Source of the DNA: Rhina ancylostomus
Lineage: Eukaryota
DNA length: 64,000 bases
Direction: 5' to 3'
NCBI GenBank assembly: GCA_030265395.1
Contig: JARFYF010000055.1
Coordinates: forward strand, 29,788,015 to 29,852,014
The notes under the pieces are model-generated. The model was not told where the DNA came from and made no database searches. It worked only from the letters and a program-made list of their open reading frames with translations. A program made the position numbers and the translations under genes. Below, piece after piece: positions 40,114-53,345 of the stretch (position 1 is its first letter; each line of letters opens with the position of its first letter).

Positions 40114-40346
40114 ATTGGCCAGCATTGAGCCAGCCGAACTGTGATTGGACTTCCCTGGGACAGACTGACAGACAGTTGGCATCACTGATTGGCCATTGCT
40201 GAGCCGGCGCAGCCGTGATTGGACGTTGTTGAGGCAGCCTACGCTGTGATTGGTCAGCACTGGGGCCGCCTGCAGCTGCGATTGGTTGGGGGCGGGGGTG
40301 AGGCGTTTGCCGAGCTCTGGTTTGTCCGTTGCGTTTGAAATTCAAA
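40114..40346 (+). promoter_or_regulatory. CDCA8 G2/M-type promoter: six CCAAT boxes, GC box, palindromic double CHR
   Basis: ATTGG at 40114, 40144, 40188, 40218, 40249 and 40281. GGGGCGGGG at 40289 and TTTGAAATTCAAA at 40334-40346. A CpG island follows. Confidence 0.8.
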
Positions 40347-40388
40347 CCGCGGCGCGGGCGGCGGCCTCGGAGAGAAGCGGAGCCGGAG
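40347..40388 (+). other. CDCA8: Probable non-coding first exon of CDCA8
   Basis: Immediately downstream of the CHR, inside the CpG island. Donor GAG|gtaaac at 40389, with an alternative GGG|gtaacg near 40413. Confidence 0.5.
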
Positions 40389-42389
40389 GTAAACGGGGGT
40401 CTGTGGTCGGGGTAACGCGGTCCGCCGTGTAGGGCGCCGGGCCGGATGGACGAATATGGGGAGGGGGGCGATGTTGAAGGAGCGCGGCCGCCCGGGGCAC
40501 TGCAGGGACCCCCCTCACCACCCCCCCCACCCTCACCTTCCTCAACCTCCCCCCCCCCCCCAAACCTCCTCCCTCAACTCCCGCTCACCAACGAGCGGGG
40601 GATGGCTTGTAGATCGGACTGAGATCACCCGTCTCCAGCCTCCCCGCCAAGTCGGTGCCCAATCCCCGCCTCCTGCCGCGGAGACCATCGAAAGCCGTCG
40701 CTCTGCAGCCTCTTGTCTCTGGCAACCTGCCTGGAGAGTGTTCTCCTGCAAGGCACCCGTCCTGATGGGATCGGTGTGGTGGTGGTGGGGGTTGGTATGG
40801 ACTTGATGGGCTGAAGGGCCGTTTCTGTGCTGTTCAACTCTCTGAGCATTTGCAGTGCAGTCCTTTCTGTCTCATTATACCTCTGCAGCCTGCCTTGAAG
40901 TGTTCTACGTCAACCATATCTCGGGGTAGAAACGTGAACAGCACAGCCCTTTGGCCCACAATATTGTACTGACATAGCTATTCCCTCCTACCTAAAGGAT
41001 GCCCATATCCCTCTATTTTCCTCTCATTCATGTGTCCATCCAAGCCCCTCTTAGAAGCCCACCAAGGATTTGCCTCTGCCACCCTATCCGGCAACCACCA
41101 CTCTCTTGGTTTAAAAAAAAGTACCCCTCACATCTGTTCTGAACCTACCCCCTCTCACCTTAAATGCATGCCCTCTGGTATTGGATCGCTCAATAATGGG
41201 AAAAAGATANNNNNNNNNNNNNNNNNNNNNNNNNNNNNNNNNNNNNNNNNNNNNNNNNNNNNNNNNNNNNNNNNNNNNNNNNNNNNNNNNNNNNNNNNNN
41301 NNNNNNNNNNNNNNNNNNNNNNNNNNNNNNNNNNNNNNNNNNNNNNNNNNNNNNNNNNNNNNNNNNNNNNNNNNNNNNNNNNNNNNNNNNNNNNNNNNNN
41401 NNNNNNNNNNNNNNNNNNNNNNNNNNNNNNNNNNNNNNNNNNNNNNNNNNNNNNNNNNNNNNNNNNNNNNNNNNNNNNNNNNNNNNNNNNNNNNNNNNNN
41501 NNNNNNNNNNNNNNNNNNNNNNNNNNNNNNNNNNNNNNNNNNNNNNNNNNNNNNNNNNNNNNNNNNNGGGAATATGGTACTCCTTCGGATTGGGAGGCTG
41601 ACTAATGGGGTGCTGCAGGACCCTATGGCACCCACTGGTCAGTGGACTCCCTGCTGTTGGTGATCTTATTGATTTAATTTGGGTGAGGGGACATTTGCTG
41701 ATGTTACAAAGCTGGATGGCAGTGTGGGTTGAGAGGAAGATGCAAGGGAACCTTGGCATGATTTAGACAGGCAATGTGAGTAGTTCCCAATGGAATATAA
41801 TGTTGGAAACTCTGAAGTCATCCACTTTGGCTTAAAAAAAGCAGCATTTAAAAAAAATACAAGTTGGGTATTGGAGTAAACCACCTCTCCCCTCAAGCTT
41901 GTTTGTCATTTAGTATGATTGTGCCTTACCTGACAGTTACCTCAACAGTTCTGTCTACCTGTGGTAATCTTTTACTTGCTTGCTGATCAAGAATCTATCT
42001 ATCTCTGCCTTAAAAGTATTTGCACTGTTTCTACTGCCCTTTGAGGAAGACAGTTCCTAAGACTCAACCATCTAGGAAACAATTTTGTCTTTGTCCTAGT
42101 TTTATATCTTCACACCAGAGAAAATACAACACTCCGTGTTCACCCTATCATGACTCTTCCTGCAGGAGCTTTCATGATTTCATTAAATTGCCCCTCATTT
42201 TTTAAAAAATTTAATGGGATACAAGCCTAGTCTGTACAACCTTTCGACATAAGACTGATGTCCATTTTGCATATTGGTTCCAAAACCCTCTGACCCACAT
42301 TCTTTAATAAGGAGGCCCATATTCTATACAGTACTGGAAATGTCTTGGCAGTGCCCTGTACAACTGAAGCATGATGAGAGATTGAATGT

Positions 42390-43340
42390 TGTTGGTACAC
42401 TCCACTCTGCTTTGGATCACCTAGACAACCACAAGACATGCATCAGGCTACTGTTTATCGATTACAGCTCTGCGTTCAACACCATCATTCATTATCAGTA
42501 CTAATAGCTAAGCTTCAAAACCAGGGCCTCTGTACCTTCCTCAGCTTGTAGGGAGACCACAGTCAGTACGGATCAGTAATAACATCTCCTCCTCAATGAG
42601 CATCAACACAGGCACACCTCAAGTATGTGTGCTTAGCCCACTGCTCTACACTCACGACTGTGTGGCCAAGCATGGTTCAAACACCATCTATAAATTTGCT
42701 GATGGCACCACTGTTGTTGGTAGAATCTCAGGTGGTGATGAGGAGACTTGCAGTAGTGAGATTGGCTGGTTGAGTGGTGTTGCAACAACAACCTCACACT
42801 CAACATCATCAAGAATAAGGAACTGATTGTGGACTTCAGGAAGAGGAATTCGGGAGAACACACACCAGTCCTCATTGGGTCAGTGGTGGAAAGGGTGAGC
42901 AGCTTCAAGTTCCTGGGTATCAACATCTCAGAGGATCTATCCTGGGCTCAGCACATTGATGCAATTACGAAGAAGGCAGGCCAGAGGCTCTACTTCGTTA
43001 GGAGTTTGAGTAGGTTCAGTATGTCACCAAAGACTCTTACAAATTTCTACAGATGTACAGTGGAGAAGGACACTCACCATCCAGGATGTGTCCTCATCTT
43101 GTTACTGGCATCAGGGAGGCGATACAGAAGCCTGAAGATCCAAACTCAACGATTCAGGAACAGCTGCTTCCCCTCCACCATCAGATTTCTGAATGATCCA
43201 TGAACACTACCTCATTATCCCCTTTGTTTTGCACTATTTATTTATTTTTGTAATTTATAGATTTTTGTCTTTGCATTGTACTGCTGCTGCAGAACAACAA
43301 ATTTTACATCCTTTATCAATGATAATAAATCTGATTCTGA
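42390..43340 (+). mobile_element. Rex1/L2-like LINE RT fragment
   Basis: LLFIDYSSAFNTI, GTPQVCVLSPLLY, KFADGTTVVGRI and SFKFLGINI motifs, plus a (gattct)n tail. Confidence 0.88.
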
Positions 43341-44422
43341 TCCTATTTAGGGGATCATTCAACCTCTTGTGCCTACTCCATTATTCAATAAGATCGAGGG
43401 TGACATTTACCTCTATCAATTTCCCGCAGTAAAAAGCCTTTCCTCATTGTACTCTTGTAATAATGGTCCACTTTCCAGTTTGCTTCCTAAATTCTTGTAT
43501 TAATTCTTCCTCATTAATTTTCTGGATTCATGTTCTTGAGAACCCTTTGATGCCTATATTTTCAATGTCCCTGCTTCTTTAGTTCTTTGTATCAAAGTAT
43601 TTGATCACATTTTTGTGCATTATATTTATTTGCCACGTCCTTGTCTATCCACCTAGTGCCTGTGTGTCCAGTTTTGTTTCAGTTCAATGGCCCTTCAAAA
43701 CTGGAAACGTGAGCAAACATTGAGAAGGGGAGGGATGGAGAGTGGTGCTGTGGCTCTTTCCTACATCCCAGAGATGAGCTGGTTGGTGGGTTAACTGACT
43801 ACTGTAAATTACCCCTAGATAACTGGGTAGGAGAATCTGGGGAAGCTAATGGGCGTGTAAGGAGAATCTGTAATATGTAGGGAAATAGATTGATGGGATT
43901 CCTCTGAGGACCAGCTTTACTGCAACTTGGCATATTTGACTTCTGTTGTCCTAGTTCTGAGGAAAGTCATCAACTTGAACCCTTAACTTTGTTTCAAATG
44001 TTGCTTGATCTGCTGTGTAGTTTCATCATTTTCTGCTGATATTTCAGATTATTAATCAATCCTTATTCATTGCTCAATATTAGATTTGAAATGTAGTAAA
44101 ACTCTAATAATCCACTATCCAACTATCTGAGGTGGCCATTTGCTGCGTTCCTTTTAGGTAGTACTGAAGCTCTCATTGCTGTGCTCCTTTTAAATGTACT
44201 AGGTTCACTGGAAAACCTATTTTTCTACTATGTAACATCATTTTAAAAATGTGAATTAAAAGTGTACTTTATAATATTACTAAGGATAACATCCAAAAGC
44301 CTAGAATACCTGCTAGTCTGGTACCACTATAGTCAAGAACATGCTGAAAGATCAAAATGTTACTGTAGCCTGTTTCTTGTTCTTTCATGAATTCAGCTAA
44401 CTTGGTTTGCCCTGTCTATATA

Positions 44423-45569
44423 CAGGAAGTCCCTGGATTACGAATGAGTTCCGTTTTTGAGTCTGTTCGTAAGTTGAATTTGTATGTAAGTCAGAACAGT
44501 ATGTAAGTCAGTACAGTATTTATAATTGTTATTCAGGTTAAACAGACCCATTTCAATGGTTTTCGTTATGTTTCTTTTTTATTCTGTGTGGGATGCAGCA
44601 AGTGAAGGTTCAGTGGGTTGCGGGTGACGTTAACTGAACAAGGAGCAGTTATAAGCATTGCTGTACTTGGAAGTAACTGGCATGAGTCCTTGTCCTCCAC
44701 AGGTGTTCTCCTCAGGATGAATTGCTTTATAGCTCAGTATAGGGAGGCCGAACAGGCCTGTGTCAAGCAGTGTGATCATTCAGCATTGAATGTGGGCCAT
44801 CACTGGGGACTGGGAGCATCTGCTTCACATGTTAATGTGCTAGGAAATATCTTTGTTAACAACACAACATTGATTGCTGATCAGTGAGCTTGCTACTTGC
44901 CAGAGATTTTAAAGAAATCTCTGGACTGGGGAAAGCTGAGCAGCAACTTCCATGACATCTAAGCAGAGCACAGTGTGGAAAGAACACACTGAAGCCCTTG
45001 CCCCCTCTCCTCACCACCTGGCTCCATGCTTCCTTCTGTACTTGGACAGAAATCTACCATTCGGTGAGTCCAATGCTGACAAAATAGCAAACAGTACACA
45101 GGTGGTTTGACAACATTACTCAAAGATAAAACGATTACGTAATGTCTGGATCCAGTGTTCACTGCCTCTGTTCTAAGACACGGTCAGATGTTCAGAAAGC
45201 ATCTTACTCAAATCATNNNNNNNNNNNNNNNNNNNNNNNNNNNNNNNNNNNNNNNNNNNNNNNNNNNNNNNNNNNNNNNNNNNNNNNNNNNNNNNNNNNN
45301 NNNNNNNNNNNNNNNNCATCTAACTCAAATCATTATGCAAGCAAATCGGTTCTTCTACAATATTTTATGAACATTAAAATTCCTCACAATCAGATGCGAA
45401 TGTAGACAACCACTGCATTAAACCATACATGTATTTACAGTTTGTCCCGTACAAACAAACAAACCGTCCGTTTGTTAGTATGAACCATTGTGTGTAACTT
45501 TTTTTAAAATAATAGGCTTTATGGAGGTCAGTTTGTAAGTATGGGCATTCGTAATCCAGGGAATTTCTG
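44423..45569. mobile_element. Tc1/mariner-superfamily (Tigger/pogo-like) non-autonomous DNA transposon
   Basis: About 24-bp TIRs (caggaagtccctggattacgaatg / cattcgtaatccagggaatttctg) flanked by TA on both sides. Confidence 0.75.
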
Positions 45570-47322
45570 TATAGATTAAAGTCCTTCATGATTATTGTCT
45601 TAAACTTGTTACATTGTCACCATCTTCCTTATTTGTACTATTCTTTGGGATACCACTATTATTTGTGTGTATATAGACAACTCCCACTGATTTTGGACAT
45701 GGACCCTTCGTTTCTTACGTTCGCACAAACTGATAATTTTTTCCATGATTTCTCTGAGTGAAGTTCTTTTCTCACTGCGACCTTTGTCCCTTGCTTCATT
45801 CCTCTCCTCTTTCCATTCAGCCTGTCTCCAAGAAATATCCTTGACTATTTAATTTGTAAGCTTGCTGGGTTTACAGTCATGCTTCTAGATCATACAATAT
45901 CTGTATTTTTATGAATACTGCGTGCATTTGATAAAGAGCCCTCAGTTTTGTCTTTTTACAAGTTTTCCCTACTCTGACTATTTAGCGGTTATAATCTTTA
46001 ATTTCTATTCCCCGTCCCTAACACGTGCATCTGTAGCACTCAACAGGTAGAAAAGCCTTTGAGGATCAGTACTTGCAGCTGCAGAGAAAAGTATTATGCC
46101 TCTAACTATACTTCCCCCTTTCACCGCCATGTACCTTTTTAATCGGCCAACTAGAGTGGCATCCTGCATCGCAGTGGTGTGGTCAATTTGCTCTGAGTTT
46201 GTTCTAATTTCCTGCAGTCTCTGCCCTCGTTGTCACAAGCTACAAAAGAAAACTATCTATTGGACAGGTGCAAGGACTGAGGTTTCTCCAACATTACAAT
46301 CTGGATCTTCATACCTGCTCACTTGTGGCCACACTTTCTTGTATCTCTTGATTGCCATAAAGAGGTCGTGCTATCTGCCATTTGGTTCGGTGTTTTAAGT
46401 GAGTTCAATGCATTGACCAGAGATAATTGCAATCTTGAACTCGGAAGATGTAAACTGGAGGTTACTGGTTGATCTGAATGTATGTTGGTGGAGAATAACC
46501 TCTCTTGGGACTTGCACTCTGGTATCATGCAAGATCCTCAATGGATTTGGATTCTGCCTTTGCTGCATTGAGGTGAAGTTTAACTGAACCATTAAGGATG
46601 AACATGCAACTAGAATTAGCTGGTCGGGACAAGAGTTGGCCATTTAGCCCCTGAAGCTGTTCTATCATTCAGAACCATGGCTGATATGTAAGTCAATGTC
46701 CATTAGGCTACTAGATTATTTTCTGTAGCTGTCTAAGGATGGTTTAATTATTCATGTGTATGGACTTCCTGGTTCTAGGTTTTCACTACTTAGAAAGAAC
46801 TCTGATCTATCCTTTGTCCACTTTAGTTCTGAAATGTGACATTTGTGTATATTGAAATCAATTCACTTAATTTATTTTTAAAAAATCCATTGCCTTTATT
46901 TTATTAATCACTTCTGCATCACATTTACTGACCCCAAAATCTTCATGTTAATATGACTTTGATGGGCTAGAAATAGAGAACCTTATATAATTCAGAAGTG
47001 TTGCTACCTTGAGTTTGTAACTGTGTGACAAAAATTGTTTCAGAAACTTCTGGTGAAATTAAATTACATTTAGTGAACTGTAGCAGGTATTGACTTTGTC
47101 AAGCAAGCACACCGGTGTTCATCTTTCCAAATGCAGGATTAACATTGATAAGTACTGACTCAAAGCTCTAACGTCTGAATTTTAAAGTTGGTAAAAGTAA
47201 ATCAGAGTTTTTATTCTTGTTCTTGGGAAGTTCTGTTTTTCAATAATCCATGAATAAAAGTCAGGACATTGATTACCATGACTACTGTATCATGTTATTT
47301 TCAATTCCTCTTTCAGGAAAGA

Positions 47323-47422
47323 ATGCCTTCAAAACGAAAAGCAACTGGTCGCAAAAATAATTCACTGGACTTAAAGAAGCATGAAAAGCTTCAGGCTTTT
47401 CTGAAAGATTTTGACATTGAAG
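47323..47422 (+). CDS. CDCA8: CDCA8/Borealin first coding exon (MPSKRKATGRKNNSLDLKKHEKLQAFLKDFDIE)
   Basis: KLQAFLKDFD matches Borealin KLASFLKDFD. Acceptor tttcag| at 47316 and donor G|gtatt at 47423. Confidence 0.92.
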
Positions 47423-47929
47423 GTATTATAGTTAACTACAGTCATATCTGTAAAGTCTGTACGGAGAGTGCCTTTCGATTCTCTGTTCTCTTGTTTAAAT
47501 TAGTTTATCCTGTGACCTCTTCCTGCAATAGTCTTTGTTCATCTGTCACTCGTACTTTTTGTTTCCATGTTTGTTTGACTTTATAGTCACTGTTTCTTTT
47601 GGTTTATTAAAGGGAATGATGACTTTCAGCAAACTGGTTCCAGTTCTGATGCAAAATCGTCAACCTAAACTATTAACTCTTTGTTTTTCCACGGATGGCC
47701 CTGATCTGTTTGCTTTCAGGTTTTTCTGTTTTATTTCTCCATGACTTTTAACTACTACACAATAACCTGGCTTTGCATCTGCTCTTTTAGTTAGTGTTAT
47801 GCACACAGTTTTCAAGTTATTTTGTATATTTTCGGGTCAGACTTGCAGCGTTTTTTAAACTCCCTGTTGAGCAGTCTTATCTGATCTTCACCATTCCACT
47901 TCTCCCCTTTTGGAGGAAAATTATTGGTA

Positions 47930-48229
47930 CAGGTTCTCCCCAGGTTACGATAGGGTTATGTTCCTGAGAACTGTTTGTACTCGAACAGTCTGCAAGGCGG
48001 AAATGTGGACACCTGGCAATGTATTTAAGTAAAAAGATCAGCCAACCAAGTGCAATGTGAAATTAAACCATGAAGATTTCTCTGCAAGATGCAATGATAT
48101 TGCTGCAGAGTTCCCACGTGGCAAAAGGTGCTTGCAGTCCTGCAGCAGCTGGCAATTCCATCCCTCCAAAATCCTGATGTATGTACAGACTATACGTAAG
48201 TCAGGGAATTGCAACCTGGGGAAATCCTG
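47930..48229. mobile_element. Tigger-like MITE (300 bp)
   Basis: TIRs caggttctccccaggttacga / ttgcaacctggggaaatcctg, with TA TSD. Confidence 0.7.
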
Positions 48230-49184
48230 TATAGTTGCATTTCTGGCTTTGAGTTTTGGGGCAAAGGTACATTGCACTTGGCATTTCTCAGTGCTCAGCT
48301 GCAACAGTTGTATAATTTTTAAAAAATCTTGCATTAAGACAGGAAATTACTATCATAGATTAAGACCTAAGATCAATCTGGATATGGCTATTATTTCCTG
48401 GAAGTAACTCAGACCTTTTTTTTAAAGAAAGTGGTGAATACTGCACAAATTTACAATGTGGTTGATTGAGTTGAATGCCTTTAATTTGCTCTTGGAAATA
48501 TACCCCCTGTCTTCCTGTTGCTACACAATTCATCTGAGCCTTGCACTGCAGGTCAATCCTTGGGGCATCCTTTGATAGATCTTGAATAAAGTATCAATTT
48601 GTGATTTACTCTGGGTTTCACAATTCTTTTCAATATCATCAGAAATTGTATAATCTGAGGCTTGATATTGTTTATTGATCATAGCCCAGGATTGCTGATC
48701 CATTATTACTTTAATTGATTGAGAAATGTAACATTTTGCCAGACCCTGGTGTAAGCAAAGGGATGGTTCTGTTGGTAATCCTCATTTTTATGAGGGAAAG
48801 AGCAGCTTCAAATTTTCTGAAATCCATCTTGAAGTGGTGCCATGGCTGAGTCAAGGACTTGCTGTCCTATTTAAGGAGAGCTCAAGGGCTTAGTAAATGG
48901 TTAAGTGCAAGTTGATTGGTCTGTAACTTTGGCTGTTCTAAAGAGACTACCCTGGCTTCAGAACTGAAATGAACTTTGTCTGGTGACATTGCAGGAATGT
49001 TTCTACTTTATAACATTCCAGTAAACACATTGCAGTAACTGGAGAAAACTGCTCATTTTCTCAGACAGTGATACCATCATCTTCAGCACTGAATTTCGAA
49101 TGATGCCAAACAGTTGTTAATTTATTAAGCACAATTACTGACTAATATTCGCTTGTCTGAGCTGGGGCTTTGTATATTTTGCAG

Positions 49185-49313
49185 TTGATCGGAGGAAGAG
49201 AGAGATGGAGAAAGTACTGAACAATCTTCTCATTACAGTGGATGCATATTACAGTCGGGCAATTATGAAACTTCCGCTGGCTGTTAGACAAATGAATTAC
49301 TTGGATTACCTTG
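49185..49313 (+). CDS. CDCA8: CDCA8 coding exon 2 (VDRRKREMEKVLNNLLITVDAYYSRAIMKLPLAVRQMNYLDYL)
   Basis: Matches the Borealin N-terminal helix region (…LPKALREMNWLDYF). tttgcag| and |gtaaga sites, 129 nt, phase consistent. Confidence 0.92.
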
Positions 49314-49469
49314 GTAAGATATTACGTCCCAGGTAACTGCTATGCGCTGTTAATGAGCTTGGAAATATCTCCACAAATATCAGTGATTTCATTTTCCTGA
49401 ATTGTCCCATTAAGAACATGAACCTTCTCTACTTTAAGCTTATAGCATCTAAAGAAAAAAAATCTTAAA

Positions 49470-50335
49470 CTTGACCTTCTGGAGCTTGGAAATGGCTCCA
49501 TACCAGGCTGTGTTGCAACTAGTCAGAATGATCTCCACTGTACATCTATAGAAATTTGTCAGAGTTGTTGGTGACATACTAAATCTCCTCAAATTTCTCA
49601 CAAAGTAGAGCCATTGGCATGCCGTCTTNNNNNNNNNNNNNNNNNNNNNNNNNNNNNNNNNNNNNNNNNNNNNNNNNNNNNNNNNNNNNNNNNNNNNNNN
49701 NNNNNNNNNNNNNNNNNNNNNNNNNNNNNNNNNNNNNNNNNNNNNNNNNNNNNNNNNNNNNNNNNNNNNNNNNNNNNNNNNNNNNNNNNNNNNNNNNNNN
49801 NNNNNNNNNNNNNNNNNNNNNNNNNNNNNNNNNNNNAACCAGCTGATCTGTCTCACTGATGCAAGCCTCCTCATCGCCATCCAAGATTCTACCAACAACA
49901 TAGGTGTCATCGGCAAATTTATAGATGGTGTTTAAACTGCTTAGCCATAGAGTAATGAGTGTAAAGAGTGTAGAGCAGTGGCCTAAGCATGCATTCTTGA
50001 GAGACGTCTGTGTTGATGGTCAGCAAGGAGGAGATGTTATTGCCGATCTGCACTGACTGGTCTCGCGATAAGGAAGTCTAGGATCCAGCTGCAGAGGGAG
50101 GTGCAGAGGCCCACGTTTTGAAGCTTGGTTATTAGAACTGGGGGAGTGATGATGTTGAATACCAGGCTATAATCGATAAAACAGTAGCTTGACATTTGTC
50201 TTGCAGTTGTCTAGGTGCTCCAAAGCAGAGTGGATAGCCAGTGAGACTGAGTCTGCTGTAGACCTGTTGTGGCAGCAGGCGAATTGCAGCGGGTGCAGGT
50301 CCTTGCTCAGGCAGGAGTTAATTCTAGCCATAATT
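49470..50335 (-). mobile_element. Rex1/L2-like LINE RT fragment (gapped)
   Basis: LTNFYRCTVE and a KFADDT-like stretch on the minus strand. Confidence 0.8.
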
Positions 50336-52075
50336 AAGGTTTTTGAGCACCAATGACATTGTGTTTAACATGCAGCTGGTGAATGTAGCTTGCCCAGATA
50401 TTAGTTTTGCAGCTTTTTGGTGTCTGTTCTGGCATAATACTTCCCATACCACCCAATGTTCCCTCGTATGATTTCATTGAGATGTGGATAGTGTTGCTAC
50501 CATAATGTCCTTTCTAAGGAGGAATACAGTTAGGTTGCTAACTGTATTCTGTCAGGAGTCCATCTGGCTGCTTGTTTGTTCTCACCTGTTGTTTTCAATA
50601 TGTTAAAAGTAGTACTAAAAGTGCANNNNNNNNNNGCTTTCAATATTTTCCTGAAACAGTTCTAAAGTCAAAAAGACCATGTGAGAATTCCTACCATTCA
50701 TAATCCATGAATTGTTCAACTGCCACATTCTTATACAGTTGCTACAGCCTAATTGAAGGATGTTGGAGTAATAAAGGCAATTGGGTAGCAGTGTTGTGTT
50801 CATATTAAGTTGTATTCAGCCAGACAGATGGAATGAAATGCAAGTTCCTACTCAGTTCACTATCTTCAAACAGCCTCTCTCTCCACTACTACCATCCACC
50901 CTGTTCATCACTCTTGTAAAATACAGTCTTGTCAGTGTAATCGATGAGCTGAGATCCTGCCTCACTTTAAAGTATGGATGTCCTGGGTTCAACCACTGTT
51001 TCAAGATTTGGGCACACAAGCTGAGGGTTTTCTGTCAGGTTGGATGTTTGCCTTGTTATACATCCTTTGGTGCCTCTTGAAAAATAGCCAACATTTGCCA
51101 TCAATTAAGGATACTTTGAGATCCTAACTTGTTCAAATTGGTTGCCAAGTATTATGTGAGATGGCCTGGAAAATATAGATGCAATAAAAACAGAAGATGC
51201 TTAGCGGGTCAGGCAGCATCTGATAGTGTTTGACCTGTTTCCTTTTCCAAAGATGCAGCCTGACCTGCTCTGTGTTTCCAGTATGTTCTGTCCTGTTTTG
51301 ATTTCAGATATTTAGCATTGGCAGTTTTTGATTACTTATTTATATAAAATGTCTATTTCTTTTAGCAAATTGTTTAGACTGATAGAGCAAAGTTAATGAA
51401 GAGACCCACCAACGTTGCATCTTAAATTTGAATTTATCTTTGATTTTTTGTCTGGCAGACAAATACCTTAAAGTTTCTTTGACTAAATGTAGGTAGTGAA
51501 ATTTGTAAATTAGGAACAACTAAAGGACTGGCTTTCAATGTTATTTTCAAAATAGTCGTAATGTACAGGATCTGGGAGAAGCTATGTATTCTTGGATTGG
51601 TTCCATCTCTTGCAGCATTCTTTTTTCAACCTTCAGCTCGAATCATGGTTACCTTTGGAATACTACCAGAGACTATAATTTCAGGGCATCTCTCTTCTTT
51701 GGCTTTCTGATTTCATTAGTGACTTGGGAATCTTTATTAGGCAGTGGCCACCATATTCTTGTGTTTTCTCTATGTCATGACATGGTTTTCTTCGAATTGA
51801 AGCATGCAGCCATTCAAATCCAGCTACATAATTGCTACAAAGGCTTAAAACAAAAATCTCTATTTCAAACAACCCTCTTCCTCCTTAGTTATGTGTCTTA
51901 GGTTGCAACCAGACTTGGTGCATCATTTTCTGTATGTTGATAAATGAAAATGTCTGTGATTTCAGGGGGCAGTTTATGTCTTTGATTTTCAGGTATATTA
52001 GTAATGCCTTTTTAAGATCTCCATTTGTACATGTATTACTGAGTTCCCATTTTTATTTATTTTTTGTCCTTAAAG

Positions 52076-52116
52076 CCATGGGTGGAAGTGCAGAGGCAGT
52101 GGCTGAAGTTGAACAA
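52076..52116 (+). CDS. CDCA8: CDCA8 coding exon 3 (AMGGSAEAVAEVEQ)
   Basis: Resembles human ALGGNKQALEEAA. Polypyrimidine tract then aag| acceptor, |gtaaga donor, 41 nt ending in phase 0. Confidence 0.85.
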
Positions 52117-52639
52117 GTAAGATTTTTCCTGATCTTGTTGCATGAAACTTTTGTGTGCCTAGTGCAAAACATATTGCATTAAGATTATAATGTCTCTCCG
52201 GAAAGGTAAGAACTTGGGCTTCTTGGTGGTTTATTAAGTAAATAAGACTTTATTGTTTGATGCTAACTCGTATAACTTAGCATTGTTGCAGATTTATAGC
52301 ATGCATTAGGATGTGAACTATCTAGACAACAATAAAATTGAAGTCTGTTGTGAAAATGTAATCAAGAACATAAAACTTAACAATTAAGATATTATCTAAT
52401 GGCCTTTTTGAAACACTTTTGAGTATCCAGTTATAGCAGTGATTTAGTAGTGACTCTGCTGTACAGATTTCTCTATGCCATCCTGTGCAGTAACAAATTG
52501 TGTTCACTTGCACCCATCAGATAGCTGGGTAAAGAATTCCATTGCTTTTTAATGCAGTTAATTTCTCATCTTTTTGGCTTTAAATGGTAACTTAAGATGC
52601 ATGTGAAATCAAAGGGGAATTGTTTGTCAGATCCCATCA

Positions 52640-53345
52640 GGATAACATGGTTAAATATCAGTTGAAGTAGGTACACCAAGTCTAAGGCTGAATGGTAGGG
52701 TACTATGAAGTGTGGACAAACAGAGGTGTCTTGGACTGCATAGCCACAATTCCTTGAAGGCAGCAGGACAGATAGATAACATGATTAATAAGGTTAATGG
52801 AATACTTTTTATTGGCCAAGGCACAGAATACAGCTGGAGTATTGTGTACATTTCTGGTTGCTATACTAGTGAAAGGACTTAATTAGCAGTTATAAATCTT
52901 CAGCAACATCTTTGTAATAATGCCAAAAGTCTCTATAGGTCAGGGTTATTTTCTTTGTATTAAAAGACTGTGAGGGTGATTTAATTGAGGAGTGTAAAAT
53001 TGAGAGACCAAAATAGTTTTTTTTATATAATAATAAAAACATATTTCCCAAGCAGAGAGGTCAGTAATTAAGAGGACGTAAATTTGAATTTATTTGTAGG
53101 ATGACTAAAGAGCATTAGGAAAAAAAATATTTTATGCAATAAGTGTTAGATGTCTAGAGTGCATTGGCTGAAAGGGTGGTGGTGGCAAAAGTGCTTATTG
53201 CATTTAAAGAGTACCTAAATGAGCACCTGTGCAATGACTTGTTGGGCTATAAACCAAGAGCTGGGAAGTGGGATTGGGTTAAAGTCTATTTTGACTGGTA
53301 CATACATAATTGGCTGAGTGATCTCTTGTGTTGTGATTTTCTATG
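52640..53345 (+). mobile_element. Degenerate CR1 fragment
   Basis: CR1 3' remnants and tail. Confidence 0.6.

Noticed and set aside
40095-40290. ~30-bp periodic repeats as a CRISPR-like array
   Set aside because: Eukaryotic promoter. Only the CCAAT cores are constant, and there are no cas genes.
40342-40849. Several ORFs in the CDCA8 CpG island (and at 36343-36718)
   Set aside because: Stop-poor GC-rich sequence with no homology. The real starts are at 47323 and 32635.
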